A stretch of DNA of 63,128 nucleotides, counting the filler, from Choristocarpus tenellus KU-1152 (lineage: Eukaryota; Protista; Phaeophyceae): assembly GCA_964200185.2 (NCBI GenBank). It is 10 parts of 10 records of this genome, joined end to end, with 100 filler letters (N's around TTAATTAATTAA, not from the genome) between each part and the next. Parts side by side here need not be neighbours in the genome. Positions count along the whole stretch, not along the records: positions 24,230 to 31,218 come from CAXNAD020006918.1; positions 31,319 to 36,958 come from CAXNAD020010161.1; positions 37,059 to 41,353 come from CAXNAD020015239.1; 7 more parts are not named here. One strand, given 5' to 3'. Shown here in pieces: positions 27,161-38,958 of the stretch (position 1 is the first letter of the stretch; every line of letters begins with the position of its first letter). The notes below the pieces were generated by a model. The model worked only from the letters and a program-made list of their open reading frames with translations, did no database searches and had not been told where the DNA came from. The translations under genes and the position numbers were made by a program.

Positions 27161-27684
27161 TATACCAATGTACGGGAGTCGCCGGGTGTGAGCTGACCAG
27201 TGAAGAACCTGTGCATGGACTTGATTCCACTGAGGTTCGGGACACGCGGGTCGTGTCATCTCACACGGTCGATCTTGTAAGACGGAAGGTGGACTATCTC
27301 CTGTGTGCTGAACGTGTCGATGTGTAGAAGTTTTTTGTGTGTGTTACTGTTCTGTCTGCCATCCCTGTCCGTCCAATCCTAAGGGTTGTGGCGATTGGGC
27401 GTATAAGGGGAGGGTTGGTTAGTGATGGAGTTAGCATCGGTACCGAGGCATTGTGCTGTGACCGCTTCTATGTAATTGCATATTTCCTTTGTATTGATAA
27501 GTGATACCTCTATTGCAGTAAGAAGTGTTTGGTAACGACGGATGGGAGTATGTGATGAAACCCAAAACCTGGAGTTTCTTTTGGTTAGTTTTTGCCGACT
27601 GGCGGACTAACGAGAAATAGAGTGTCATGGTTGCAAGACCGCATGGAGCTTGTGTGGTTGCTTGACGACCACGAGTTCACGGTG

Positions 27685-27913
27685 GGGAATATATGTGTTT
27701 ACACGAACGGAACCGTCAGAGTACAATGAGCTGGAGTTCTTGCTGTTCACTGTGCGAAAGGACACGATTCAGTGGAGCGCCAGGTACCATTCCAGCTATG
27801 GAGGGATGCTCAGTGCTGGCGTTGAGGTGGTGTTTGTCAGGGAGGACTTCGATGTGTTGAGTGCCAGCTTCGTTGATGGAGTGCCGACAATTGGCCTGTC
27901 GGGTGCGGACAGG
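27685..27913 (+). pseudogene. Inverted, diverged copy of the exon at 26483-26713 (EFLLFTV-RKDTIQWSARYHSSYGGMLSAG...SFVDGVPTI)
   Basis: Codon-by-codon alignment shows many synonymous changes, the same donor position (AGG|gtgagt), and a +1 frameshift near its 5' end. Confidence 0.7.
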
Positions 27914-27939
27914 GTGAGTCATGGTATTTTCGTTCTAAG

Positions 27940-29258
27940 GGAAAGCTTATGAAGTAATCTGAGGTTTGTGGGCGAAAGAATTCTAGTGGTAATGTGGTAC
28001 CGAGGAGGAAGAGAGGTGAGGAAGGTGAACTAAGAGTTAAGTACTACTGAGTGATTAGGAGGTAGAAGAGACAGGAGAGAAGTTAGAGAACTGGTTGGTA
28101 GGTGGAGGCCACAAGGTAAGAAGGAATGGTGAGTATGTAAAGAAAACTGAGGGCTGGTGGTACAAGACGAGGAGGGGCTAGAAGAAGACAACCTCCTAGC
28201 AAGCTCTCGTTGGAATGGATCAAGGCAGAACCCGAGCAATCTTTCCTACATTTGAAAGAGAGAAACGCCTTGTGGAAAAGGCGGGGATGCTTGAGAACAA
28301 GATATACAAATGGTAGGGAAAAGTCCACAAGGCAAGGAGGATGATGACTGTGACGATGAAAAATATCATAGATAAGTGTATGGTAGGAATGGGACATGTG
28401 GGTTTAAAGTGGGCAGATTCGGACAGAGTGAAAGTATCTTAGAGGGTATGAGTTTTGCCCCGTTTGTCCATTTGGGGCTTGGCTTCTCATGAGTTCTTTA
28501 GTGACATTTTGCTACTCCAAAATGTTTAGGAGCAGGTAAAGTGTTTGTGTTAGGAAAAAGTGTGTCAGGAACATGGATATTGACACTTCCTAACAAAAGC
28601 AATAGCCAAAATTATATCATAATCGCAACATCCGACTTTGGTCCCCAAATGGACGTGACTCTACCCTCTAAGATACTTTGGCTCACACAATGCAAGGGAT
28701 ATCCGGGGAAATCTATAGAAGAAGAAATAATGGAGGATTGACCACGATGTTATGGTGGAGTGAAACAAGATAGACACGTAAATGATGAATCGGGCCGATT
28801 CCTACAGTGGTGGTCCTGGCAGAGGTGGCAGTACACGCTAATACTGTAGGTTGTAAACGCTAATACTTTCTAGGTTGGTACACACAGCAGGACGGAAAAG
28901 GGTTGAGGATCCTACCAGAGTTGCAGTCTAAGGGGTAGACGGGGACGAGTAGTAGATTGCGCCGTTTATGTCACAAACTTGGTTGGGAGTTCACGATAAA
29001 AAGAGAAATGATTATGGGTCAGGGTGGGAGTAGTGTACCAGCGACAATCTTGTGGAGTAAGTGCAGTTTAGATATTGCTTGAAATATAGAGCTGGGGTAG
29101 ATATCAGATCTATATTGATCGGTGATAGAGTGCGTGCGTTGTTTTCCACTACTTATATCGTTCACCCCAACCCATATGGCAAGAAAAACTGAACGGCGTG
29201 GACTCATCGTAGGATGATTTAGAGGGGACCACGCCGTTCAAGGATTATGCGTGGAAGG
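27940..29258. mobile_element. Decayed repeat, copy 1 (interrupted by MITE A); direct paralogue at 29857-30911
   Basis: Colinear nucleotide similarity over about 1 kb (aagacaacctcc-agcaagctctcg, ggcggggatgcttgagaac, cggaaaagggttga, gtctaagggg); no intact ORF. Confidence 0.7.
28426..28684 (+). mobile_element. MITE family A, complete 259-bp copy, TSD ACA
   Basis: Both TIRs present; ACA on both flanks. The paralogous empty site near 30345 lacks the element and one ACA. Confidence 0.95.
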
Positions 29259-29856
29259 TACGAGGCTGTTAGAAATGGGTCGTTTATTAGGCATAGGGAC
29301 CATGTGAATCAATTGTTATGTCAATATGAGTAGTCATAGATTATATGCAGTATAGGTACAAGCTGGGAGATAACGTGGTATAAGAAACAAAACAAATAAG
29401 AAAACCTGTATATATATTTCAGAGTACTGAATGAGGACACGTGGTTGGTGGAGATTTTTAGGTGGAGTGGCCGCTACGAAATTAAGTATAGATGTTTTCA
29501 GAGTACTGGATGAGGGCAGGTGGTGATAGGTGGGGATTTTAGGTAGAGTGAATGCCACGAAAGTAAGAATTGGGGATTGGGGGTAGATGCATGGTCAGTG
29601 ATATGATGAATAAAAACGAGATGCGATAGATAAAAGAGATAGACCGGGTGAGAACATCCTATTGGAAAATATGAAGGTAAAGTAGAGTGCACCAATATAA
29701 AGAGGGGGGAGGGGAATGATTAACCGCAGCTCCTGCACCACTCTGCGTACAAATTTGAGATGACCTTGTGAATAAAGGCTACTGCTTACAATGGTAGGTT
29801 ACATCTGAGGGCTTTAGATTGCTTGAAAAAAAAAGTAGGGATTGGGACGACGATGT

Positions 29857-30911
29857 GAAAGTTTATGGAGTAACCTGAGTTTTGTGGGCGGAAGAATTCT
29901 GGTTGGCTGGGGGCACAGGACAAGAGGGTAGTGGAAAGAAAAAGAAGGACGCAAGGAGAGAACGAATAGTTAAGGAATGACTGGCTAAGAGAGGGGGGAG
30001 AAAGGTTAACATAAATGAATGGCAGGAAGAGGGAAGGGGAAGGAATGATCAGTATTTAATCAGAGGACTGAGAACCAGGGGTACAGGACGAGGAGGGCGA
30101 GAACAAGACAACCTCCGAGCAAGCTCTCGCCAGAGTAGATCAAGACAGAACCCGAACAATCTTTCCGACAGCTGGAAGGGAGAAAGAGGTCCGATGGGAG
30201 GGGCGGGGATGCTTGAGAACCGGATACTGAAATGGTAAGAAAAGGTCCACAAGGTAAGGGAGCTGGTGACTGAGACGATGAAAAACATTGAGATAGGCGT
30301 AGGGTAGGAATGGAATATGGGTAATGAAGTGGGTAGATTCAGACATAATACAAGGGGTATCTGGGGGAATCCATAGAACAAGAAAGTACGAAAGACTGAC
30401 GATGATGTTATAGTGGAGTAAAACAAGGTTAGACTTAAATGATGAATCGGCCGATTCCCACAGTAGTGGCCTTGGTAGAGATGGGAGCACATACTAATTC
30501 GGTGAGTTATAAAGGCTGATACTTTTAGGCTAGTACACAGAGCTGAACGGAAAAGGGTTGATGGTCCTGCCAGAGTTACAGTCTAAGGGGTTGACGGGAA
30601 CTAGTAGTAGAGTGCGCCGGTTATGTCACAAACATGGTTATCCCATGGAGATACGATAAAAATGGGAAAATGAATGGGGGTCAGGGTAGGAGTAGTGTAC
30701 CTGAGCTAATCTTGAGGAGTAGGTGCAGGTTAGATGTCGCTCAAAAGATAAGACCGGGACTGATGCTAGTTTTATATCGATCAGTGGGATCGCGTGGATT
30801 TGTTTTCCGCTGATTACATCGTTCAACCTAACCCATAGGAAATCGAATAGCCTGGGCTCGCTGTAGGATGATGTAGAGGAGACCACCCCGTTTAAGGGTA
30901 ACGCATGGAAG
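29857..30911. mobile_element. Decayed repeat, copy 2
   Basis: Colinear with 27940-29258. Confidence 0.7.
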
Positions 30912-31176
30912 TTGGAAAGAGTGAGCTGGGAGGATAGACATCAAGCAGAAAAAGTAGAGGTAACGTTCACAAGGTCAAAAAGGGACCAGGGTAGGAAGGG
31001 AGCAGTGTTGACCAGGTTTAAGGTGGAGAGAAAAAGGGGAGGAAGAAAGTATGGGAGGTTGGGAGGTGGTAATGGCTATCATGGAATGTTTCCCAGAACT
31101 CTCCCCTGACGCCCCACGGATGACATGTAGGCAAGGAGAGGGATGGAGGGTGATCACGAGGGGCCAAGCGACATGT
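30912..31176 (+). mobile_element. Tyrosine-recombinase fragment of a DIRS/Ngaro-type retroelement (frameshifted, cut by a MITE B end)
   Basis: VSWEDRHQAEKVEVTFTRSKRDQGRKGAVLTR matches the SKxDQxxxG motif of retroelement tyrosine recombinases. It continues in another frame as MECFPELSPDAPRM...WRVITRGQAT. Confidence 0.65.
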
Positions 31177-31218
31177 GACCCAAAGTATCTGGGAGGGGGG
31201 GGGGGGCCTACCCCAGGG
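31177..31218 (+). mobile_element. MITE family B end at contig end
   Basis: GACCCAAAGTATCTGGGAG(n)CCTACCCCAGGG. Confidence 0.85.
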
Positions 31219-31802
31219 NNNNNNNNNNNNNNNNNNNNNNNNNNNNNNNNNNNNNNNNNNNNTTAATTAATTAANNNNNNNNNNNNNNNNNNNNNNNNNN
31301 NNNNNNNNNNNNNNNNNNCATCAGGGTGCACCACCCGCCACATGTACTCCGCACAGAAGATCCAGTGCCTACCACAAGTAGTAAAGGAGAAAAGTCGAGA
31401 AAGAGGGGGGGTTCACACAAAAATTCGAGAGAGGAAGAAAGGTTGATGACTTGACTAAACCAAGAAAATGGGCAGGTGCCACAGCACAAGATAACCAACG
31501 ATCGGACGCGAAATGGAAAAAAAAAAGAGTATAACTGGGGGAGCGAGAGTTCAAGAGTATGACAGAAGACCTGACTCAGACTTTTCAACACTAAACATGT
31601 GGAATGCAAAGAAACGTGTAGCACAAATGCCAACTTGTGACCTCACACACTCATGACAGTCCCCGGTGCAGATCCCCACCTAAATAAACCCTTCTGATTG
31701 TACCCCACAGTCCATCTCCAGATGTACCCTAAAGCCCCTGGAGCTCACAACAAGCACCATACCCTGTACAAAACAAATTTAACACACACAAACTCTTTTC
31801 AC

Positions 31803-33318
31803 CTCAGAAGAACAGGGACTGTAACACCTTGCTCAGCCATGGCATGCATGTCGACCCCCGCCAGCTTGTCATACACCACAACATGGCCTTGCCTACTCCT
31901 CCCATACCTGTAGAGGCGTTTGCATGTGTGATAGAGGGAGGGCAAGGAAATATGTTGAGTACAGTTTGAAGATACGATGCCTTTGCCCACTCATCAAACA
32001 AATGATTTCCTGCAAACCTTCCATATTCTACCTTTTCAGAGTCCACTCAAATACACGGTGCGACCCAGATTTCATGTGAATCAGATCTGTTGTATCCCTT
32101 TCCCATCCACTGTATCCTTGTAAACCTCAATTCTTCACCCAGATGTCAGTGATGCGAAGATTCCATTGTTGATCCAAAACTGACAATAGATAAATAGCAC
32201 TAGGGAGGTGATGGCGTACAGTTGCAAGGTTGGAGAACTAAAGACCTTTTTTTAATTGAGGATTCTAGACACATCAACTGAAGCAACTTCTACACAGAAA
32301 TAAAAAAAAGAAAAGACCTTCAACAATGACTTCAGACAACCCACCACACCACCACCACACCCAAACAGCAATCACAATATGCACTCCCACGAAGTGCACC
32401 CCAGTCCTTCTGCTTGTTTAGCCAAAGACACGCACATGAACGAGGGAAAGTGCTCTTTGATAATCGAGAAGTACGGTTGAGGCTCATTTAGGATGGTATC
32501 CACATCGTTCTCCCTTCTCCATGCAAGTGTTGTCTTCCACCTCTCTGAGGCCTTGTTGAGGTTGCCACAGAAAGCTCGCAAAAAGCGGGGAGGTACTTTA
32601 TCTTCGCGTTCCAGGGGAGCCGCTGCTGCACGGTCCATTGCAGCTGCAGCCTGCCGTGTGTGTGTGTGACCAAAGGGGTGGGAGGGGGTGGGGTTGTGGG
32701 TAATGGATGGCAATGCCAAGAGACCAGATGGAACCTTGATCGTCGATAGTTGTGGCTACCATGCGTTTGATTATGTAAGCAGCTTATCAGGGGGAAAAGA
32801 AAAGCGGCGGAGGTAGATACATGGAAGAAGGTGATTGTCACGTCAGGGACGATGTAGATCGGTCTTTGCACAACACACAACAGGAAATTTTCGGGGGAAA
32901 TAGTGTAGGACCCTCTCACAGTTGAGTATAAAACTATCCCATCGATTGTGAAGAGCATCTATCCATACATGGAGAGAACCACAAGAGGCAGACTTTGGGT
33001 CAGTTAGGTTATGGACTCGCACCAGCAGGAACGCACTCGTGGCTTGGTACTGACGTATCATCTATCTCGATATATATTTTCCTGCTTTAACATAATTCAA
33101 TGCCCATATGCTCCCTCCCTCACATTGACCAGACCCTTCTCCGACGCAGTGGAGAGCATGCCCGACGCGTTGCATCTCTTTAGACGTGGGTTGTAACCAC
33201 TCGGCTCTCGTCCAGTCAGCATGGTACGGACTGACGGTGCGAAGCTGTGGCTGGCGACTGCCAGGCCAGAACCCAAGGCAGCTATCAGCATACAGAAGAC
33301 AAATACCGAGACCTCCAT
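31803..33318 (-). CDS. CRAL-TRIO/Sec14-like lipid-binding protein, 5' part. Exons 33318-33124 (tentative leader), 32650-32436, 31907-31803; continues past the contig end
   Basis: VPPRFLRAFCGNLNKASERWKTTLAWRRENDVDTILNEPQPYFSIIKEHFPSFM|YGRSRQGHVVVYDKLAGVD fits the CRAL-TRIO N-terminal pattern (RFLRA...WR...G.D..G..V.Y). The AT|gt...ag|G junction keeps frame. The leader exon is inferred from phase-0 splice sites. Confidence 0.82.
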
Positions 33319-35634
33319 ACATAGCTGGCGGAAGGAGGACATTGCAGGGCACAAGGTGCGTGTGTATTAGGGCAAGTTCGGGGAACTGATGAAACACAAA
33401 AAAGAAGGCACTAAGGTTGACCAGTGCTATTAGCAGAGGAGTAAATAGGAAACACAAGCCAGTATCCAAGGCATGGCGATATCGTTCCAGTAGCTATAAC
33501 AGTCCCCGCCTAAAACTACCAATGATTTCGTGTCATGTCAACATTGGTGTCTGTGACCTCCACTTGCTGACGTTTGCAACCGTTCAACCCTCACCTGATG
33601 AGCACCTTCCGCATCCGCACAGGAAATAGTTGGTTGGAGAGGGCACATCGGCTGCCCAATACCTATCATTTCGCTCAGGTGATCTATCATCACAAAACAA
33701 TATACTGAACAGCAAACTAAAGAGTGCGAGGTGTGCCCAAGTACCAAGCCCTAAGCTCAAGGATAACTTGGTAAGTGATCAACACTACCCATCACACATC
33801 ACCCCAATTCAAGTTGCAATTTCTTCAAGGTAGTACGTTTTTGGAGTGGTACGTTTTCCGTTGTCGAACTGGAATATTTGTTTCTTGTGACAAAATATCC
33901 AAGTATAATATATATTCTTATGGTTATCGACATCTTCAAGAAATTGTAGAGTAGAAAAAACAAGAAATTTCTTTCATAGAACATAACAGAACAAAATGGA
34001 ACAGTCACAAGAAGAGGAGGAAGTGGAGAAGTATGAGATAACTACATTGATGCCAACGTATACAATTGAATTGCATATCCTATATCAGAGTGTGTCCCGA
34101 TGACATCACCATTCCTTATTTGTAACAGTAAACAGCACGATGTTGGGTGATCCTTCCAAACCCCACTAATTCACCACTTCCTTTCCCTCATTTCTCATCT
34201 AAGTGTCCTTCCTGGGCTTACGTCCCCTCCTTCCTTATCTTTCTCCTTTACATATCCTTCTCTGGGTCTTCTCACCTTCAGTCTAAGGAACCTCTCTGCC
34301 AGTTTCCACATGTTTCACATACTATCGTGACTGCAATCCATTTTCAGTGATCACATCGGTTTCCATCCGTTTTCTCTTCCATGCTTAAAGACCTCCTAAT
34401 GAACACAACATTACGTATGCAACCACAGAAAGGACTGGTATTATTAATATAGCACACACACCAACAACAGTAGTAGTAGAAGTATTGTATGAAACACAGT
34501 ATATTAATTTTTTGTGCACATAACTGGCAACACATTGCAGGAATCAAGATATGGTGCTATACGAAAACAGCAATTGTGAAGGGGAGAATGCAACAAGACA
34601 GAATAATAGTACAACAGAGACCAGACAAGATTGGAGAGATCGTGTTTAGAATACACAACATAATATCCACAGAAGGGGCTACTATGATAATATCAGAGGC
34701 ATCAACTTGTAAAACAATAGAGCAAAAAACAACCAAAGGTAATGCTCCAAATAATGATCCAAATCAACTGGGAGGTAGGCAGAGTTGCATTTTAAGGATC
34801 CCGAGAAGAGGTAAAAATATACCATTTTGTACGATTACAGAAATATCTTTTCCTAATTTGTAGTGACACTTTGTATGTGGAAAGTAAGGTGGAAAAACAA
34901 TTTTGCGTAAGCTATTTTGCACATAAAGCAATAGAATACAGTATATTTCACAGGGTAAGATAGATATCGCTTAGAATGCAAAAGGGTCCAAACATGCCTA
35001 CCTCTCAATTGGTTTGACTCGAACCTGACTCTGAAGGCAGGCGAGCATCAAGGGAAGAATCCCTTGAATGAATCTATCAAACCTCTCCTAGACCATTGAC
35101 ATAGACTCTCTAGTTTGAATCGTGAAAATCTTCTGGACATGGCCACTTGAGCACTCACTGAAATAATCTGACTTGTCCAGGGTTTTATAAAACAATCGAT
35201 AAGGAAACAACAAAAAGCAACACTCCATATATTATCTTGAATATGTGTGTTATCCAATATGTTAATTGCTATAAATACATGAAATCACCCACCTGATATA
35301 TGTGTAATTATTGGCGTATTAGGTTTTCCTCTTACTTCCACGAAAATACGTCCAGACGTCCGAGGAGCAGGCGTTCTCCACAGGCACGTTCCAAAACATG
35401 CACAGTTGTCTTTTTTACTGAAAAAGAACAAAAACTGATTGAATAGACGGGAAAAATACAAAATGCAGGGGGAGTTCCACACCTCAGTAGGCGTTTAAAT
35501 ACAAACTGCGCCAACAAACGTTTGATATTATTATTATCACATTATAATGTCTTGAGGAAGGGTCCGAACGGCTCTGATAAGGTCGAGTTTCCAGGTTCGA
35601 CCCCCTGACGTGAGTACCACTGTCGTTAGGAAGG

Positions 35635-36170
35635 GTCCAATCAGTCGTGGGGGTGTTCAGAATCACCAGATGTGTCAAGGTGGGGTTGATTCCAGCAAAC
35701 CCAAAGCTCTCTCAGTCATCAAATCTTAGGAGAACTTTGAATGGAATCTTGGATCCGATGGGTGACGTCACATCCTTGTGACCGTCAATACTAACGAGTG
35801 AAAGTATCGTGGAGGGTACAAGGTTTGCCCTGTTTGTCTATTTGAGGCATGGCTTCCCATGTTCTTTTCTGTGACATTTTCCTGCTCCAAAATGTTTTGG
35901 AGTAGGTAAAATGTATACGTTATGAAAGAAAGGGTGTGTCCAGGACATGGATATTGACACTTCCTAACGACGATGGCGAAAATTACATCTAAGTCAAAAC
36001 ATTGGATATTGGCCCCAAATGGACGTGGCTCTACCCTCTAAGATACTTTGGCTCTAACCTGTCCAGGAAATCTATGTGTTTGATGCTGAACGGAATAGCA
36101 CCAATGACAAAGAAATTTGTGCGTGTGCGTGCGGAAATGGATTGGGCTGAGGTGAGATCGCAATGGAATA
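35635..36170 (-). pseudogene. Second copy of the decayed transposase-like sequence, interrupted by MITE A
   Basis: Aligns to 8917-9190 on both sides of the MITE; minus strand reads GIFHCDLTSAQSISARTRTNFFVIGAIPFSIKHIDFLDRL. Confidence 0.5.
35796..36054 (+). mobile_element. MITE family A, complete 259-bp copy, flanked by TAAC/TAAC
   Basis: Both TIRs present; the flanking duplication is 4 bp here. Confidence 0.92.
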
Positions 36171-38093
36171 TGCCCATCACAACAACATTCATCTGATTGA
36201 TGCCGGAGATATGGTTGAACAAGTAGCAGTACACAAAACCAAACGACTTTTTTTTTAACACTCACAGAAAAAGAAAAAAATAGAAGAAAAGAAAAAAACG
36301 AATTGGAAGAATAGAACCCAAACCATAAAAACACCTTCACCAAAAAATAAGTGAAAAGGAAGGAAGAACGAGTAAATAATGTAAGAGAACAAGGCTACAA
36401 AGAAAATACTATTCGACTGACAGAGAAAGTAGTGATGGCGTGGGGAACGTTTGACTCTGGTTTGCTTTTTCTGGCATGTAACGCTCAGACACTTCAACTT
36501 GGCTGCGAGGGTCAGCCCAACGTGTTGCAGCAGTTTATGCTCACCAGGGACCATCGCGAGAGCATTTCGCACTGCAAGCACAATTCCTGGTATTCGGGAC
36601 ACTTGGGCATCCTTCCTACACGGGTGTGTCCACAGGGGGTTTGTCATGCTGATGTTCTGACCCTCGACGTACCCAATTCTGGCTTCAAAATTACCCCAAA
36701 AGACCCCTACGTTCACGGCTTGAAGCACCTCGAGTTTGTACCTAATGATCGTCGACTCCCACCTTTTCTAAAAGCTGATATTGTCAATTCGATTTCATTC
36801 TGCGGGGTTGTCGTCTGATTCAGCGTTGTTCTTGCTCTGCGAGCCCAGATGTTTCGCGGCACAAACATATGGCACAGAGTTAGTATATTTGTTACAGGCG
36901 CCCCTCAATGCTCACCTTCCAGGATGTACAACTCAAATCCAACGACCTTAAAACGATGNNNNNNNNNNNNNNNNNNNNNNNNNNNNNNNNNNNNNNNNNN
37001 NNTTAATTAATTAANNNNNNNNNNNNNNNNNNNNNNNNNNNNNNNNNNNNNNNNNNNNGCGAGGGGAGGGGAGGGGGGAAAAAATGAAATTATTATAAGA
37101 GTAAGAATGGTATAATGTCAGGGGGGGGGTATTGAACTTCACAGTTGCACAAAATAGTGTTTAGGGTTAGGGTTAGGGTTAGGAGTGGTTAGTGGTTAGT
37201 AGTTAGTAGGAAATGAATGGAAAGGAACGCAATGTATTGGGTCAGGAAGGGAATCTTTGATTCGACGTGAATGCCACTTTCATTTTTTCCAAGTTTCGAA
37301 CTGTTGACCGTTACTGCACTCGTGTGCTGCAGTAACTGTCAGCAAAAGTTGATGGCAACTCCACAACAAAAATATTAAAAATATAGTAAGTTGCAATGGA
37401 TGTGTGCTATGCGGCTGTGAGGTGTACGTTTCATAGCTGGAATGTAACTGTGACAACGCTGTTTTTAAAACTGCCATGGTCCAACCGAATTACACTTCGA
37501 CACTATCACATGAGACAATGAGTACACTGGGTAGGGGTTAGGTTTTCCACCCAGCTTTCTCGCACTACTGTGCCGTACCTATATATACATATATTAAATA
37601 GATAATACAGCAGTATAACTTATGATCATAACTACTATTGACTGGTGAGATAATCGCCACGGCATTTGCTGTTTTGACCATGAAGTAATAGATGAGATGA
37701 TAAATGAATGACTAGATCTAACAAAAATCCGACACTTCAAACACTAGCAACCAATCCTGTCGTACTTTTAACGATCAACAGCAGTCAGGTCGTAGTGTTT
37801 CCAACTATCGTTCCTAACTCTTCAAACAACCCATGGTTGTACCATTGCTTCATCACATTTGAGTTCTACGAACGAACTATGCCGAACAGTCACTCTCGCT
37901 CCTCAAAAGGTAAGGAGTTGGTCGACCACCGGTAGGTATACCAAGTCCTCTTATACACTAGGTATAGGCCGTAGCGGACAGCAACTCACTTCCTTCCCGT
38001 GCTCTACAAGATGCGCAAGCGCTTTCACTCACAATGGTGCTTGACAAGCGAGCAATCCTCTACCCCCATTCCCTCTATACTGTAGTGGCTCAC

Positions 38094-38763
38094 CAAAGAA
38101 CTGAACGCCGACCCAGAAGTACCCCAGACCATTGACATGAATACCAACGTGGCTAGGGCTTTCGTGCAAGTCGTGCTTTCTGGTCGAATATCTGTAAACG
38201 CTCGTCGGCCAATCCCCCATTTTGACGCTGATTCCGTCCTGCCATGTCGGTCACCCGAAGGCATGCCCAACGCATCGTGACTTGGTCCAGGTTCCTGGGT
38301 GGAAGACAGAGCAAGGGTTTCTCTTGAGCTTAATACTTGTTTCTACAAACCACAAAGTTCTTTACATCACCGGATTGCAAGTCTGAGGTAAGAAGAATAC
38401 GCTGCATTTCACTGAGAATGTGTTATTTTGATGAACATCACCCAAGTAGGGTCCACATCAACATCATTCACTTGAGAATTCACTATCGAGCACGAAACAT
38501 TCTTCCCTATCTAGAGCAAGTATCACGAAGTGAGACTGTGAAATCCCTCACAATTCCCACCCGCACCCTACCTCGTCAATAACAGGCTCAGTTGTCGCGT
38601 GTCGTGCAAACACACTTCTAGTCCAAATCCATGGGTGTCTATGTTTCAGCTTTCTGTGGGTAGAAGATGTCGGCTTCACCACAATACAATGAGGCGGGAG
38701 GAGCACCCCACACGACATAGGAAGAGCAGAAACGAACGTAGGAAGTGGAACAAGAGGCACCAT
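38094..38763 (-). CDS. Possible exons (about 38763-38572 and 38295-38094) of an unknown gene divergent from the gene at 38959
   Basis: Donor GAG|gtaggg and acceptor ttccacccag|GAA join in phase 0; donor TTG|gtgagc. No downstream exon or homology recognised. Confidence 0.3.
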
Positions 38764-38958
38764 GGCGTCTCCGGAGTGTGGAACACGGGAACTTGACAGC
38801 AACAGTAGTAGTAGAAGATGGTACGTAATATCAAGATCAACACCAAAACTATACTTGTCCTATTTCAACTGAGAAGAGCCAGTCTCAAACCCTAACCCTA
38901 AGTTCCACCACAGCTCTTACAACCCATTCCTTACAAAAACTTTACTTTACATGTTCCA

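Noticed and set aside
28541-28741. Short ORFs recurring at several loci (SESILEG..., DFGPQMD...LPSKILW, PKYLGGGG)
   Set aside because: They are translations of MITE A/B sequence, not a protein family.
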